From positions 646-64,645 of the forward strand of contig JBGVFN010000058.1 in NCBI GenBank assembly GCA_045121095.1: a stretch of DNA of 64,000 nucleotides, in the 5' to 3' direction. This document shows positions 19,805 to 29,392 of the stretch, in pieces. The position numbers were made by a program, and so were the translations under genes. The DNA comes from Lachnospiraceae bacterium (GTDB lineage Bacteria > Bacillota > Clostridia > Lachnospirales > Lachnospiraceae). Each line of letters starts with the position of its first letter. The stretch's first letter is position 1. The notes beneath the pieces are model-generated. The model did no database searches. It saw nothing but the letters and a program-made list of their open reading frames with translations, and was not told where the DNA came from.

Positions 19805-19911
19805 TTGCATCGCATTACTTTTTATATTTTGTATTATGACTTGTATGGCGTTGCTTTTTATATTTTGTATTACGACTTGTATGGCGTTGCTTTTTATATT
19901 TTGTATTACGA
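19805..19911. repeat. 36-bp x3 tandem repeat
   Basis: cttgtatggcgttgctttttatattttgtattacga occurs twice perfectly plus one diverged copy. Followed to ~20040 by scattered GTATTAC/ATTACA motifs. Confidence 0.85.
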
Positions 19912-20022
19912 CTGACACCACGAGTTACATTTCTTGTGCTCTGTATTACAATGTATTACATTTTTCTTTACAATCACGCCGTATTACAACAAATTACAAT
20001 CAATTACGTGCATTACGTTGCA

Positions 20023-20859
20023 TTACAATCTTATTGTCATAATTTTCACCAGCTGTTCTGACAATTTTTCCAATTTCTCCGCACTCATGCCAAGAGCCCG
20101 AATCACCAGATCGCCGTCCCAGGTATATGTAAAACCTCCGGTAATTCGTTCAGATTCTGCATTCTCCAGAACTTTCTGAATCTTTTGTTCCTGTTCTTTT
20201 TCCAGAGAAATATTGCAAAACAGCAAATTCAAAAGAAATTCATATCCTTCATACAGGCCAAAGCCAGACATATTTCCAGCAAAACCCGAATTTTTTCCTT
20301 TTTGATCAGGTTCATACCTTGTATTGTCACGATAACTCAGGATTTTTTCTTCCATGCCTTTATAAATCTCCACATAATTATCATAACGCCGGTAAGAAAA
20401 TTTTTCTCCCATAGCAGTCCGTCCCGAACAAAGAATGTCGCTCATAATCAATCTGGAATCCGGCTTTTGAAGTCGAATCCGCGTGCGGCTTCGAAAATCC
20501 GATCCGGCAAATGGGATTACTGGTTGTGGACGGAAATAAAGTATTGCATTTTCTTTCACATGAATCTCTGTTTCACGTGATGCAAATCCAGAATCCATAC
20601 CATGTATTTTTTCATATGCCTGAGAAGTAATCTCCACTTTACTTCCCTCCCCAATTTCAAAAGAATATTTCTGCCGATCACCTGCCATCGTCCCGGCTGA
20701 AACAGACATAATCATAATTTCTTTCCAGCCATCTTTTCTGTCAAAAGGATGCATTACTTTAAAAGGCGCACTAAAATACAAATCCTCCACTTCTGTCATG
20801 CTATCCTGTTTTTTTGTCCGAATAAAAACTTCTGACACTCTGCCAAACTGATTTTCCAT
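20023..20859 (-). CDS. ureD: Urease accessory protein UreD/UreH
   Basis: 278 aa. Family-typical sequence and position at the end of the ure cluster. Confidence 0.8.
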   Translation of the reverse strand: MENQFGRVSEVFIRTKKQDSMTEVEDLYFSAPFKVMHPFDRKDGWKEIMIMSVSAGTMAGDRQKYSFEIGEGSKVEITSQAYEKIHGMDSGFASRETEIHVKENAILYFRPQPVIPFAGSDFRSRTRIRLQKPDSRLIMSDILCSGRTAMGEKFSYRRYDNYVEIYKGMEEKILSYRDNTRYEPDQKGKNSGFAGNMSGFGLYEGYEFLLNLLFCNISLEKEQEQKIQKVLENAESERITGGFTYTWDGDLVIRALGMSAEKLEKLSEQLVKIMTIRL

Positions 20860-20953
20860 GAACTATTTCCAAATCCTCCACATCATCTAAACGAAAGATT
20901 TTATTTAATCTCAAAAACCTTCTCTATTATTTATTCTAGCTATCTCATACAAT

Positions 20954-21565
20954 TTATTTCAAATTTTCCATCAGCACATCATTTTTCAGCCACTGAACCA
21001 CCTCATTAATTCCCTTATCATCACGTATATTCGTGAATAAAAACGGCTTTTTCCCACGCATTTTTCTGGAATCTCGTTCCATAACTGACAAATCAGCCCC
21101 AACCATAGGTGCCAGATCAATTTTATTAATCACCAGTAAATCTGAACGAGTAATACCAGGCCCTCCTTTTCTAGGAATCTTATCCCCCTCAGCCACGTCA
21201 ATCACAAAAATAGTAGCATCAGCCAGTTCCGGACTAAACGTCGCAGAAAGATTATCTCCACCACTCTCAATAAACAACAATTCAATATCTGGAAATTTTT
21301 CAACCAACTCATCCACCGCCTCCAGATTCATGGATGCATCTTCTCTAATAGCTGTATGCGGACAACCACCTGTCTCCACACCAACAATTCTTTCGCGCGG
21401 CAAAACACTATTTTTACATAAAAACTCCGCATCTTCCTGGGTATAAATATCATTCGTAATAACACCAATGCTATACTCATCCGCCATTTTTCTTGTTAAA
21501 ATTTCAATTAAAGCTGTTTTTCCAGAACCAACCGGACCTGCCACACCTACTTTTATATAACTCAT
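20954..21565 (-). CDS. ureG: Urease accessory GTPase UreG
   Basis: ORF 20954..21694 trimmed to [19 protein letters not shown] (AAGGAGAG RBS). P-loop and ESGGDNL motifs. Confidence 0.95.
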   Translation of the reverse strand: MSYIKVGVAGPVGSGKTALIEILTRKMADEYSIGVITNDIYTQEDAEFLCKNSVLPRERIVGVETGGCPHTAIREDASMNLEAVDELVEKFPDIELLFIESGGDNLSATFSPELADATIFVIDVAEGDKIPRKGGPGITRSDLLVINKIDLAPMVGADLSVMERDSRKMRGKKPFLFTNIRDDKGINEVVQWLKNDVLMENLK

Positions 21566-21610
21566 TTTACTCTCCTTATTTTGATACCATATTTCTATGT
21601 ATTCTTTGTA

Positions 21611-21640
21611 ACCCTTCAGTTCTGCTGAACTGTTACTATT
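21611..21640. repeat. REP-like hairpin (GTTCAGC family)
   Basis: ccttcagttctgctgaactgttactatt. Shares gctgaactgttactat with 52421..52438. Confidence 0.6.
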
Positions 21641-21870
21641 TTTACCGCATACTTTCATATCATATATAAACACATGAAAGTCTAATAGCTGCATTATACT
21701 CCATTTGTATTATGTTCTATTTTCTTCATGCTTATCTGTCCATTTTTTGTGTTATCGTGCTATTACGCTTTATTGCAATATATAAATCATTAAAGTATGG
21801 CAATTTCTATCTGCAAGAACTCTCTGTTGTTAAAACCATTTAATTATTTCATGCTTTCATTATTTTAGTG

Positions 21871-21990
21871 TCTATCATTTTATTGTTTATCATTTTATTA
21901 CTTATTGTTTTATTACTTATTGTTTTATTGCTTATTGTTTTATTGCTTATTATTTTATCACTTGTCCCTTTATCGCTCACTTTTTTATAT
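21871..21990. repeat. 15-bp x8 tandem array in the ureF-ureG spacer
   Basis: Units of the type cttattgttttattg. Confidence 0.85.
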
Positions 21991-22017
21991 TATTAAATTA
22001 ATACAATAAATATCAGT

Positions 22018-22746
22018 TTATGACATATACAAGCGTGAATATAAAGTTTCATGCTGCATGCTTCGAATATCTGCTCCAGGTAAGGATAAAGCATAATCCT
22101 CTATCCCCAATGTTTTTACTTTGTTAATAACATAATCAAATTGTTGTATACAATCATATAAAATTTTCTGTCCTACCGTCTGGCTCAAAGGAATGGTTTT
22201 CACACAATTGGTTACTAAAGCGGAAGTCTGTGCATAAAGCAAATGGGCCAGCGACTCTTCCATTCCCATCCCTGCACTGGCACAAAATACACCGTATGCA
22301 ACCGCGTAATTTTTTTTCCAGATTTTATTTTTTTTCGTACCAATATGTGCATACTTTTCAAACCATGCATGTTCATATTCAATATTCAAACTCATTAATG
22401 TTTTCAAAAACCTGGAGGCTATTTTTTCGCTGGCCTGCCTTAATTCTGAAGGAATCCTTGAAGCTGTAATGATCTGATCTAACTCATGTAATTTTTCTAT
22501 AATTCCATTCTCATTCGCTTCTTCTTCTAAAATTTGATTTTCTTTGCAAATCTCCCAAGCCAACTTTGCCGCCAATAAATCTCCATAAAGAAGATTGCGT
22601 TTAATATATGCCTGTACATAATTCAAAGCAGTATTCTCATCGCTAACTAACTCTCTCTGAATATAAGTTTCCAAACCATATGAATGAGAGTATCCCCCCA
22701 CAGGAAATAAAGCATCATTAATTTGAAGTAACAAAAATCCCTTCAC
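22018..22746 (-). CDS. ureF: Urease accessory protein UreF
   Basis: 242 aa. LLLQINDALFPVGGYSHSYGLE N-terminal signature. Confidence 0.9.
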   Translation of the reverse strand: MKGFLLLQINDALFPVGGYSHSYGLETYIQRELVSDENTALNYVQAYIKRNLLYGDLLAAKLAWEICKENQILEEEANENGIIEKLHELDQIITASRIPSELRQASEKIASRFLKTLMSLNIEYEHAWFEKYAHIGTKKNKIWKKNYAVAYGVFCASAGMGMEESLAHLLYAQTSALVTNCVKTIPLSQTVGQKILYDCIQQFDYVINKVKTLGIEDYALSLPGADIRSMQHETLYSRLYMS

Positions 22747-22780
22747 GGTATCCTCCTGCTTGCTATTTTTATATCTAATT

Positions 22781-22978
22781 TCTCAAATAATAGTTTTAAA
22801 TAAGATTTTTCAAATAGTGTCTTTTGAATAATAATTTTCAAATAACGTTTTTCAAATAACGTTTTTCAAATAATAGTTTCCAAATAATAGTTTGCAAATA
22901 ATGATTTCCAAATAATAGTTTCCAAATAATGGTTTCCAAATAATGGTTTTCAAATAACGTCTTTCAAATGATGTTTTA
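22781..22978. repeat. 14-bp x14 tandem array in the ureE-ureF spacer
   Basis: CAAATA recurs at 22839, 22853, 22867 ... 22965 with an exact 14-bp period (units such as ttcaaataacgttt and tccaaataatagtt). Confidence 0.9.
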
Positions 22979-23034
22979 CACAAAATGGTTTTACAGAAAA
23001 TGTTTCTCAAAAATACTAAAAAAAATGTCTCTTG

Positions 23035-23060
23035 GAAAATGTTTCACGTGAAACATTTTC
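23035..23060. other. parS site (perfect 16/16) within a 26-bp perfect palindrome
   Basis: gaaaaTGTTTCACGTGAAACAttttc. Core at 23040..23055. Confidence 0.8.
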
Positions 23061-23135
23061 TATTTATTAGAGCATGCATGAAAATACTCCATGTAAAATA
23101 TGTGCTCTATCTTAAGATAGTTTTTCATACACAAT

Positions 23136-23615
23136 CTAATGTGTATGTGCATTCACTGAAGCTGAAATTCGTTTATCAAAATTTATTTTCATCCTGTTTC
23201 TGTAAACATTTACACCATGCATCTTCCCTAACATCTCATATGTCGGTGCATTATACGGTGTTAAAAATTGATACGATGTATCTCCATAAAATAAAGCTGC
23301 ATGTTTATTTCCAATTTCGTAGCATACTTTGGGAACCATATGTAAATGTTCTGAACAAATTTCTATTACAATCATCTCCGCTTCCAGAATATTCACTGCA
23401 ATCAACTCATCTGCTTCGCACCACAATACATCGCCTTGCCGAAGTCCTTTTGTTAAGATATCATTCCCTAATCGAATTCCAATTTCTACTCCGCAGGATG
23501 TTATTTTTTTATGAAGTTTTTTAAATGCTTCGTACCACTCAATATCCACATAATCTACATGGTATCCATAATATTTTTCTTCTGAAAGATTACCTAAAAT
23601 TGTTTCACAAATCAT
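23136..23615 (-). CDS. ureE: Urease accessory metallochaperone UreE
   Basis: 159 aa. UreE-like fold pattern and C-terminal His residues (NAHTH). Operon context. Confidence 0.8.
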   Translation of the reverse strand: MICETILGNLSEEKYYGYHVDYVDIEWYEAFKKLHKKITSCGVEIGIRLGNDILTKGLRQGDVLWCEADELIAVNILEAEMIVIEICSEHLHMVPKVCYEIGNKHAALFYGDTSYQFLTPYNAPTYEMLGKMHGVNVYRNRMKINFDKRISASVNAHTH

Positions 23616-23787
23616 AGTTCCACCATTCCCTTCTTAGAGCGTGTTTGAAAAATTCTCACAAATCAATACTCTACATCAGCAAAAGCTCTCACTTTTGCGA
23701 GAGCCTTGCCTTATTGAGATGTATATTGCAGTTCACCTTTTCAGGGCTGCAAGAGCAAAAGAGATTAGCAAAATAAAATTTTCGATA

Positions 23788-24480
23788 TTACTCCGTCATG
23801 ACTTTCTGTACCTGACTTACATTTAAAAGCCCTGTTTTACCCTGCATGATAATTTCACCATGTTCCATAACATACAAATAATCAGAAATTCCTAACACAA
23901 AATCTAAGTACTGTTCTACAATTAAAATGGTTAATCCTCGCATTTTATTAATTTTTTGCAGTACATCCCCAATATCCTGAATTACAGAAGGCTGAATTCC
24001 TTCTGTAGGTTCATCTAAAATCAAAATTTTAGGTTCTGCTACCAGCGCTCTGGCAATTGCCAACTGCTGCTGTTGTCCGCCAGAAAGATCCCCTCCCTTT
24101 CTTTTCGCAAACTTAGGTAACACAGGAAACAAATCATAAATATAATCTGGTACTTTTCCTTTTCCTCCAACTGCCTGAAGACCTAATTCCAGATTTTCCT
24201 GAACTGTCATCTGAGCAAAAATATCTCGTCCCTGAGGTACATATCCAATTCCCAACTTTGCTCGATCATAAGTTTTCATTTTAACGATTTCCTGTCCATC
24301 CAGCATAATACTGCCAACGGGTGTTTTTACAACTCCCATAATACTTTTCAATGTGGTACTTTTTCCAACACCATTCCTTCCAATGAGACAAGTAATTTTC
24401 CCCTGCTCTACATTTAAATCCAGGCCCTTAATTACACGACTTTCACCATAATAAGAATCCATTCCTGCTATTTTAAGCAT
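23788..24480 (-). CDS. urtE: Urea ABC transporter ATP-binding protein UrtE
   Basis: ORF 23788..24540 trimmed to MLKIAGMDSYYG (GGAGGAG RBS). Walker A GRNGVGKST and LSGGQQQ signature. Overlaps the urtD stop by 8 nt. Confidence 0.85.
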   Translation of the reverse strand: MLKIAGMDSYYGESRVIKGLDLNVEQGKITCLIGRNGVGKSTTLKSIMGVVKTPVGSIMLDGQEIVKMKTYDRAKLGIGYVPQGRDIFAQMTVQENLELGLQAVGGKGKVPDYIYDLFPVLPKFAKRKGGDLSGGQQQQLAIARALVAEPKILILDEPTEGIQPSVIQDIGDVLQKINKMRGLTILIVEQYLDFVLGISDYLYVMEHGEIIMQGKTGLLNVSQVQKVMTE

Positions 24481-25258
24481 TACGTTCTCCTCCTCTGCCC
24501 AGATATACAGCCTGTACCGTTTCATCTGCCAGTACATCATGAATATTACCCTCCATCAGAACCTTCCCTTCATGGAGAACAGTAACTTTATCCGCTACTT
24601 GTTTCACAAAATCCATATCGTGTTCTACCACAATGATCGTACAGTCTTTTTTTATTTCCTTTAAAATTTCACCCGTTTTAAAAGTTTCCGGCTTACCCAT
24701 TCCCGCTGCAGGCTCATCCAGCATAATAATATTAGGTTTTTGTACCAGCTGCATGGCAATTTCCAGCCACTGTTTTTCTCCATGAGCCAATGAACCTGCT
24801 TTAATGTCTTTTCGATTTTCTAGACCCACCTTTTTTAATGTAATATCAATTAATTCAATCTGCTCTTTGGTCAATTTAAAGAAAATGGAATCCATTACTC
24901 CTTTATGTCCTTTCAATGAAAGAATCATATTATCCAACACTGTCAAATTCACAAAAACAGACGGCACCTGAAATTTACGACCAATTCCTTCTGTCACAAT
25001 TTTATATTCTTTCATGCCAGTAAGGCGAATCTTTTTTTCCCTATCCCTATCTGGATAATACAGTACATTTCCTTCAGTCGGTTTTGTTTTTGCACAAATA
25101 ATATCCAGCAAAGTAGTCTTTCCAGCACCATTTGGCCCTATAAAAAAGTGAATTTTATTTCGTTCCACATCAATATTTACATCTGTCAGTGCATGAAATC
25201 CATCAAAAGTGACACCAATGCCTTTAATTTCCAGAACTACATTTTTCTTTTTATACAT
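24473..25258 (-). CDS. urtD: Urea ABC transporter ATP-binding protein UrtD
   Basis: 261 aa. Walker A GPNGAGKTT. LivG-like. Confidence 0.85.
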   Translation of the reverse strand: MYKKKNVVLEIKGIGVTFDGFHALTDVNIDVERNKIHFFIGPNGAGKTTLLDIICAKTKPTEGNVLYYPDRDREKKIRLTGMKEYKIVTEGIGRKFQVPSVFVNLTVLDNMILSLKGHKGVMDSIFFKLTKEQIELIDITLKKVGLENRKDIKAGSLAHGEKQWLEIAMQLVQKPNIIMLDEPAAGMGKPETFKTGEILKEIKKDCTIIVVEHDMDFVKQVADKVTVLHEGKVLMEGNIHDVLADETVQAVYLGRGGERNA

Positions 25259-26528
25259 TGCATTTTGCCTCCTTCTTCAGGGTTTTCTTCTGATTTTTTA
25301 CTGTTTTACCTGTTGTTTGTTTATCTATTATTCGTTCATCTGTTGTGTATTTATTTGTTGTTATCTTATCTGCTGCTTGCTTATCTATTGTTTGTTTATC
25401 TATTATTTCTTTATTTGTTGTTTGCTCCACAGCATGCTCCACGCACTCTTTTCTAACTCTTTTAGCCTGCATTTTATGAAAAAATGTAGGAATCTGCTCT
25501 GTGACAATGCCCACAATACCACCTTTAAAGAACAAAATCACAACAACAAATAATGCACCAATAATATACTGCCAGATTTCAACTAATGCTCCTGAGCTCA
25601 GATGATATTCACACAGGTTTACCAGAAAAGCACCAATAACAGCACCAATTAATGTTCCACGTCCGCCAATTGCCACCCAGATAACCATTGTAACAGAATA
25701 AGAAATTGTCATCTGCGTCGGAGTAATCGATCCGTTTAAATTTACAAATAATGCACCTGCTAAAGCCGCAAATACTGCTGAAAGGATGTAGACCACATTT
25801 TTGTAACGGCTTACGCAATAGCCTGAAAAATAAGTACGATTCTCCCCATCGCGAATAGCAATCAATAACTTACCAAATTTTCGTGTTACCAAAAAGCTGG
25901 CTAATGCATATACAAGAATCATCACCACCAAAGTCAGATAAAACAAAGAAATCAGATTCCCCTCATTTTTTGGTCCTTTAATGCTGCCAAACAAAGATTT
26001 TATTTCTGTAATACCTACATTACCATTAGTATACGGAGATAATGCAATGAACAAAGAATATGCAGCCCAGGTTAATGCCTGTGAAATAATAGAAAAATAT
26101 ACGCCTTTTACGCGGCTCTTAAAAATGAAATATCCTAAAATACCAGCTAATGCACCTGGGATTAGCAACATAAAAATCAAAGTATTGGGAAGATAGCGAA
26201 ACATTTTCCAAATGGCAGGAAGTTCTGTCAACCCCCCTACCTGCATAAAATCTGTTATCCTACCTCCCGTCGCCTGCAATTTCAGGTACATCCCCATACC
26301 ATAAGCGCCTAATGCGAAATAAAGTCCATGACCTAAACTCAAAATTCCGGTATAACCCCAAATCAAATCCAGCCCAATAGCAACCATAGCAAAACACATG
26401 CATTTCGCTAAATATAATACTAACGTGCTTTTTACCATACCCGCCTGTAAAAGTATTGGCATAACTGCCAATGCAATCACAATAATACTAAAGCAGATAT
26501 TTTTTCCGTTCTTTTTTATTAAATTCAT
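25251..26528 (-). CDS. urtC: Urea ABC transporter permease UrtC with a ~65-aa repetitive C-terminal extension
   Basis: LivM-like permease core. The tail TTNKEIIDKQTIDKQAADKITTNKYTTDERIIDKQTTGK is encoded by the 15-bp array at 25306..25425. Confidence 0.8.
   Translation of the reverse strand: MNLIKKNGKNICFSIIVIALAVMPILLQAGMVKSTLVLYLAKCMCFAMVAIGLDLIWGYTGILSLGHGLYFALGAYGMGMYLKLQATGGRITDFMQVGGLTELPAIWKMFRYLPNTLIFMLLIPGALAGILGYFIFKSRVKGVYFSIISQALTWAAYSLFIALSPYTNGNVGITEIKSLFGSIKGPKNEGNLISLFYLTLVVMILVYALASFLVTRKFGKLLIAIRDGENRTYFSGYCVSRYKNVVYILSAVFAALAGALFVNLNGSITPTQMTISYSVTMVIWVAIGGRGTLIGAVIGAFLVNLCEYHLSSGALVEIWQYIIGALFVVVILFFKGGIVGIVTEQIPTFFHKMQAKRVRKECVEHAVEQTTNKEIIDKQTIDKQAADKITTNKYTTDERIIDKQTTGKTVKNQKKTLKKEAKCNV
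25306..25425. repeat. 15-bp x8 tandem array translated as the UrtC tail
   Basis: Units such as ttatctattgtttgt. Composition resembles the non-coding array at 21871..21990. Confidence 0.85.
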
Positions 26529-26542
26529 AAACTCTGCCCTCC

Positions 26543-27439
26543 TTATTCATCCAATGAACGTGATCTTACCACAAATAATCCCTGAGGCTTTTTCTGCAGG
26601 AACACAATGATAATAATCAGTACAATTGCCTTCGCAATGGAGGCAGAAGTAAATTTTTCAAATAAAATACTAGCAAAACCAATAATACCAGAACCGAACA
26701 CCGTCCCCAGTAATTTACCAACACCACCTAAAACAACAGCCATAAATGAATTTACAATATAGCTCTGTCCCACGGTAGAATCAATCGAGCCCAATAAAGC
26801 TACAGAGCATCCGGCAATTCCTGCCAACCCGGATCCAATGCCAAACGTAACGCAATCTACTTTTCTAGTATTAATCCCCATGCATTGTGCCATCGGTCGA
26901 TTTTGCATTGTGGCCCTCATCTGAGCCCCAAAATTAGATTTGTACATAATAAACCATACGCCAAACAAACACAGTCCTACCAACACTAAAATAAAAAGAC
27001 GATTATACGAAAATGTTGTATTTCCAATTTTCAAACCTCCCTGAAGAAATGCCGGTGAAGTAACCAACACACCTTGCGTTCCGAAAATGGTTCTGGCTGC
27101 CTGCTGTAAAATCAAACTGATTCCCCATGTAGCCAGTAAGCTGTCCATTTCCCGTCCATACAATCTGGAAATAACAATTTTTTCCAATATAACACCAAAT
27201 AAAAATGTAATAACAAAAGCAGCAATAATTGCTACAAAATAATATAAATTAAATACAGATTTCGGAAGATAACTAATAAAAATCTGCTGAACCATATAAG
27301 TAATATATGCACCCATCATCAAAAATTCCCCATGAGCCATATTAATTACACGCATCAGCCCAAAGGTAATCGCCAATCCCAGCGATGTCAAAAGAATAAT
27401 GGAACTTAGACTCAAACCATTAAACAATGTACCAAACAT
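26543..27439 (-). CDS. urtB: Urea ABC transporter permease UrtB
   Basis: 298 aa LivH-like permease. Confidence 0.85.
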   Translation of the reverse strand: MFGTLFNGLSLSSIILLTSLGLAITFGLMRVINMAHGEFLMMGAYITYMVQQIFISYLPKSVFNLYYFVAIIAAFVITFLFGVILEKIVISRLYGREMDSLLATWGISLILQQAARTIFGTQGVLVTSPAFLQGGLKIGNTTFSYNRLFILVLVGLCLFGVWFIMYKSNFGAQMRATMQNRPMAQCMGINTRKVDCVTFGIGSGLAGIAGCSVALLGSIDSTVGQSYIVNSFMAVVLGGVGKLLGTVFGSGIIGFASILFEKFTSASIAKAIVLIIIIVFLQKKPQGLFVVRSRSLDE

Positions 27440-27482
27440 AAACTAACCTCTTTCACCCAATATAAAACATCCAGTAATGACT

Positions 27483-27508
27483 ATCAGTTCAACACCTGCT
27501 GAACTGAT
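27483..27508. repeat. REP-like hairpin (GTTCAGC family variant)
   Basis: atcagttcaacacctgctgaactgat. Confidence 0.5.
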
Positions 27509-27599
27509 ACAATTTATCGAACATTCCCAAAACACAAAATGGCATACGGTGGACCCCTCATTGGATCATCGCATGCCATTTATAATGTTTTATTTTCCG

Positions 27600-27698
27600 T
27601 ATTTCACATGAAACATCTATTTATAATGCCCTGTTTTCCATGTTTCATATGAAACATTTTACTTGCAATGCTCTGTTTTCATGTTTCATGTGAAACAT
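27600..27698. repeat. ~40-bp x3 tandem array, each unit carrying a degenerate parS
   Basis: TATTTCACATGAAACA (27600..27615, 14/16), TGTTTCATATGAAACA (27641..27656, 14/16), TGTTTCATGTGAAACA (27682..27697, 15/16). Lies between urtA and urtB. Confidence 0.8.
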
Positions 27699-27720
27699 TT
27701 ACTCATCGTTTGAATACACA

Positions 27721-28968
27721 TTATTCAAGCGGCTGTACACCTGCTTCTACTGCCCAATCATATGTAGTTAAGTACGGATCTGGTTCTACAGCTGCATCAG
27801 TTGCGTAAATTTCATTAATCTTTCCATCTTCACTTACCTGACCAATACGAACAGTTTTAGAAATATGATGGTTTTCTCCATTTACAGTAATTGTTCCTTC
27901 CGGTGCTTCAATAGAAAGACCATCTACTGCTTCCAATACTGCATCCACATCAAAGCTTTCTGCCTTTTCGCAAGCTGCTGCCCACATATATACCGCATCA
28001 TAGGCAGCCTCTGCAGGGTCAGATGTTACTCGATCTTCACCATATGCTTCCTGATAAGCTTCTACAAATGCTTTATTTTTTTCAGTATCTGTGGTCATAT
28101 AATAATTCCAGGATACCATATGTCCCTTTAATATATCTGCCCCAATTGTCTTAACTTCTTCCTCTGCAATAGAGAATGACATGGTCATAATGTTTTCAGA
28201 AGTGTAATTCTTTTCTGCCATCTGCTTGAAGAAAGAGACATTACCTGTACCATTTAGTGTATTAATAATAACATCCGGTTCTGCCGCTTCAATTTTAGAA
28301 ATGATAGATGAAAAATCTGTCTGTTCCATATCCGCATATTCTTCACCAACTACTTCTACACCTGCTGCTTTGCACTGTGCATTGATGATCATATTTGCTG
28401 TTCTTGGAAATACATAATCAGAACCTAACAAGAAAAATTTCTTATATCCTTGTTCAACAAGATATTCAATGGCAGGCACAATCTGCTGATTTGGAGCTGC
28501 ACCCATATAGATAATATTTGAAGAAGCTTCCATACCCTCATACTGTACAGGATACCAAAGCAAATTTTCGTAATCCTCAAAAACAGATTTTACAGCTTTT
28601 CTGGAAGAAGATGTCCAGCAGCCAAATACAGTTGCAACCTCATCTTCTACGATCAATTTTTCTGCCTTTGTTGCAAAAGTCGAAGGATCTGACGCACCAT
28701 CTTCTTCAACATATTCAATCTGTTTTCCCAATACACCGCCAGCCGCATTGATTTCATTGATGGCAAGTACTTCCGCATCTCTCACAGATACTTCACTAAT
28801 TGCCATGGAACCGGTCAAAGAATGCAAAATACCAACTTTTACAGTATCACTTTCATTTCCCGAACCAGAACTTGAATCAGATCCACCACCACATGCAGTA
28901 ACGGATAACATCATAACTGTCGCAAGTCCAACGCTCATGAGTTTCTTTAATAAGTCTTTACTTCTCAT
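27721..28968 (-). CDS. urtA: Urea ABC transporter substrate-binding lipoprotein UrtA
   Basis: ORF 27721..29004 trimmed to MRSKDLLKK (GGAGAGGAAA RBS). Lipobox VTACGG. LivK/amide-binding fold. Confidence 0.85.
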   Translation of the reverse strand: MRSKDLLKKLMSVGLATVMMLSVTACGGGSDSSSGSGNESDTVKVGILHSLTGSMAISEVSVRDAEVLAINEINAAGGVLGKQIEYVEEDGASDPSTFATKAEKLIVEDEVATVFGCWTSSSRKAVKSVFEDYENLLWYPVQYEGMEASSNIIYMGAAPNQQIVPAIEYLVEQGYKKFFLLGSDYVFPRTANMIINAQCKAAGVEVVGEEYADMEQTDFSSIISKIEAAEPDVIINTLNGTGNVSFFKQMAEKNYTSENIMTMSFSIAEEEVKTIGADILKGHMVSWNYYMTTDTEKNKAFVEAYQEAYGEDRVTSDPAEAAYDAVYMWAAACEKAESFDVDAVLEAVDGLSIEAPEGTITVNGENHHISKTVRIGQVSEDGKINEIYATDAAVEPDPYLTTYDWAVEAGVQPLE

Positions 28969-29167
28969 AATATTTCCTCTCCGTTTCTTTTTAGTAAATT
29001 TCAAAACACAAAAAACATCTTAAATTTCGGTATACCTTATGAAACGGCCCGAAGGGCTCGCATACTCTTTAGAGTATTTAAAAGGATGCTCACAGAGCAT
29101 TGCCTTATAACAGACAAGGGAGCCGTTACAGAAAAAACTCTGTAAACGACTCCCTTGTCATGTGCGG

Positions 29168-29196
29168 ATTATATCAGCTGTTTTTTTGTCTGTCAA
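29168..29196 (-). promoter_or_regulatory. Consensus sigma-A promoter upstream of urtA
   Basis: The minus strand reads TTGACA, 17 nt spacer, TATAAT (both hexamers perfect), about 195 nt upstream of the urtA ATG. Confidence 0.65.
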
Positions 29197-29336
29197 GACA
29201 AGATTGATAACTTTTTTTCATGCTTCCCAACGATTTGTTAGAAAGTTTTAACATCCAATCAATTTTTTTATTATTTCTGTGTCATCTGACAAAACATCAA
29301 AAATACAATTTTTTGTAAAAATCTGTTCTCCTTGTA

Positions 29337-29392
29337 TTTTTTCAAACGTTTCTTTAAATGTTTTTCAAATGTTCCTTTAAATATTTTTCAAA
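29337..29392. repeat. ~23-bp x2.5 tandem repeat running into a parS
   Basis: ttttcaaacgtttctttaaatg / tttttcaaatgttcctttaaatat / ttttcaaatgtttcac... The units contain a parS half-site-like AA(T/C)GTT(T/C)C. Confidence 0.7.

Noticed and set aside
22781-22978. CRISPR array (also considered for 21871..21990, 37131..37281 and 46861..46990).
   Set aside because: The units are 14-26 bp and directly abutting, with no unique spacers. No cas genes are in the window.
25148-25553. Plus-strand ORFs of 102 and 114 aa rich in L/F/C/Y; also 37044..37437, 19836..20179 and 22985..23524.
   Set aside because: They are translations of T-rich tandem arrays on the non-coding strand, so they are repeat artefacts.
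29005-29160. Guanidine-I (ykkC) or other known riboswitch in the urtA leader.
   Set aside because: The conserved ykkC segments (GGGTTCCGG, ACACGG...GGGA) are not present. It is kept only as an unclassified structured leader.
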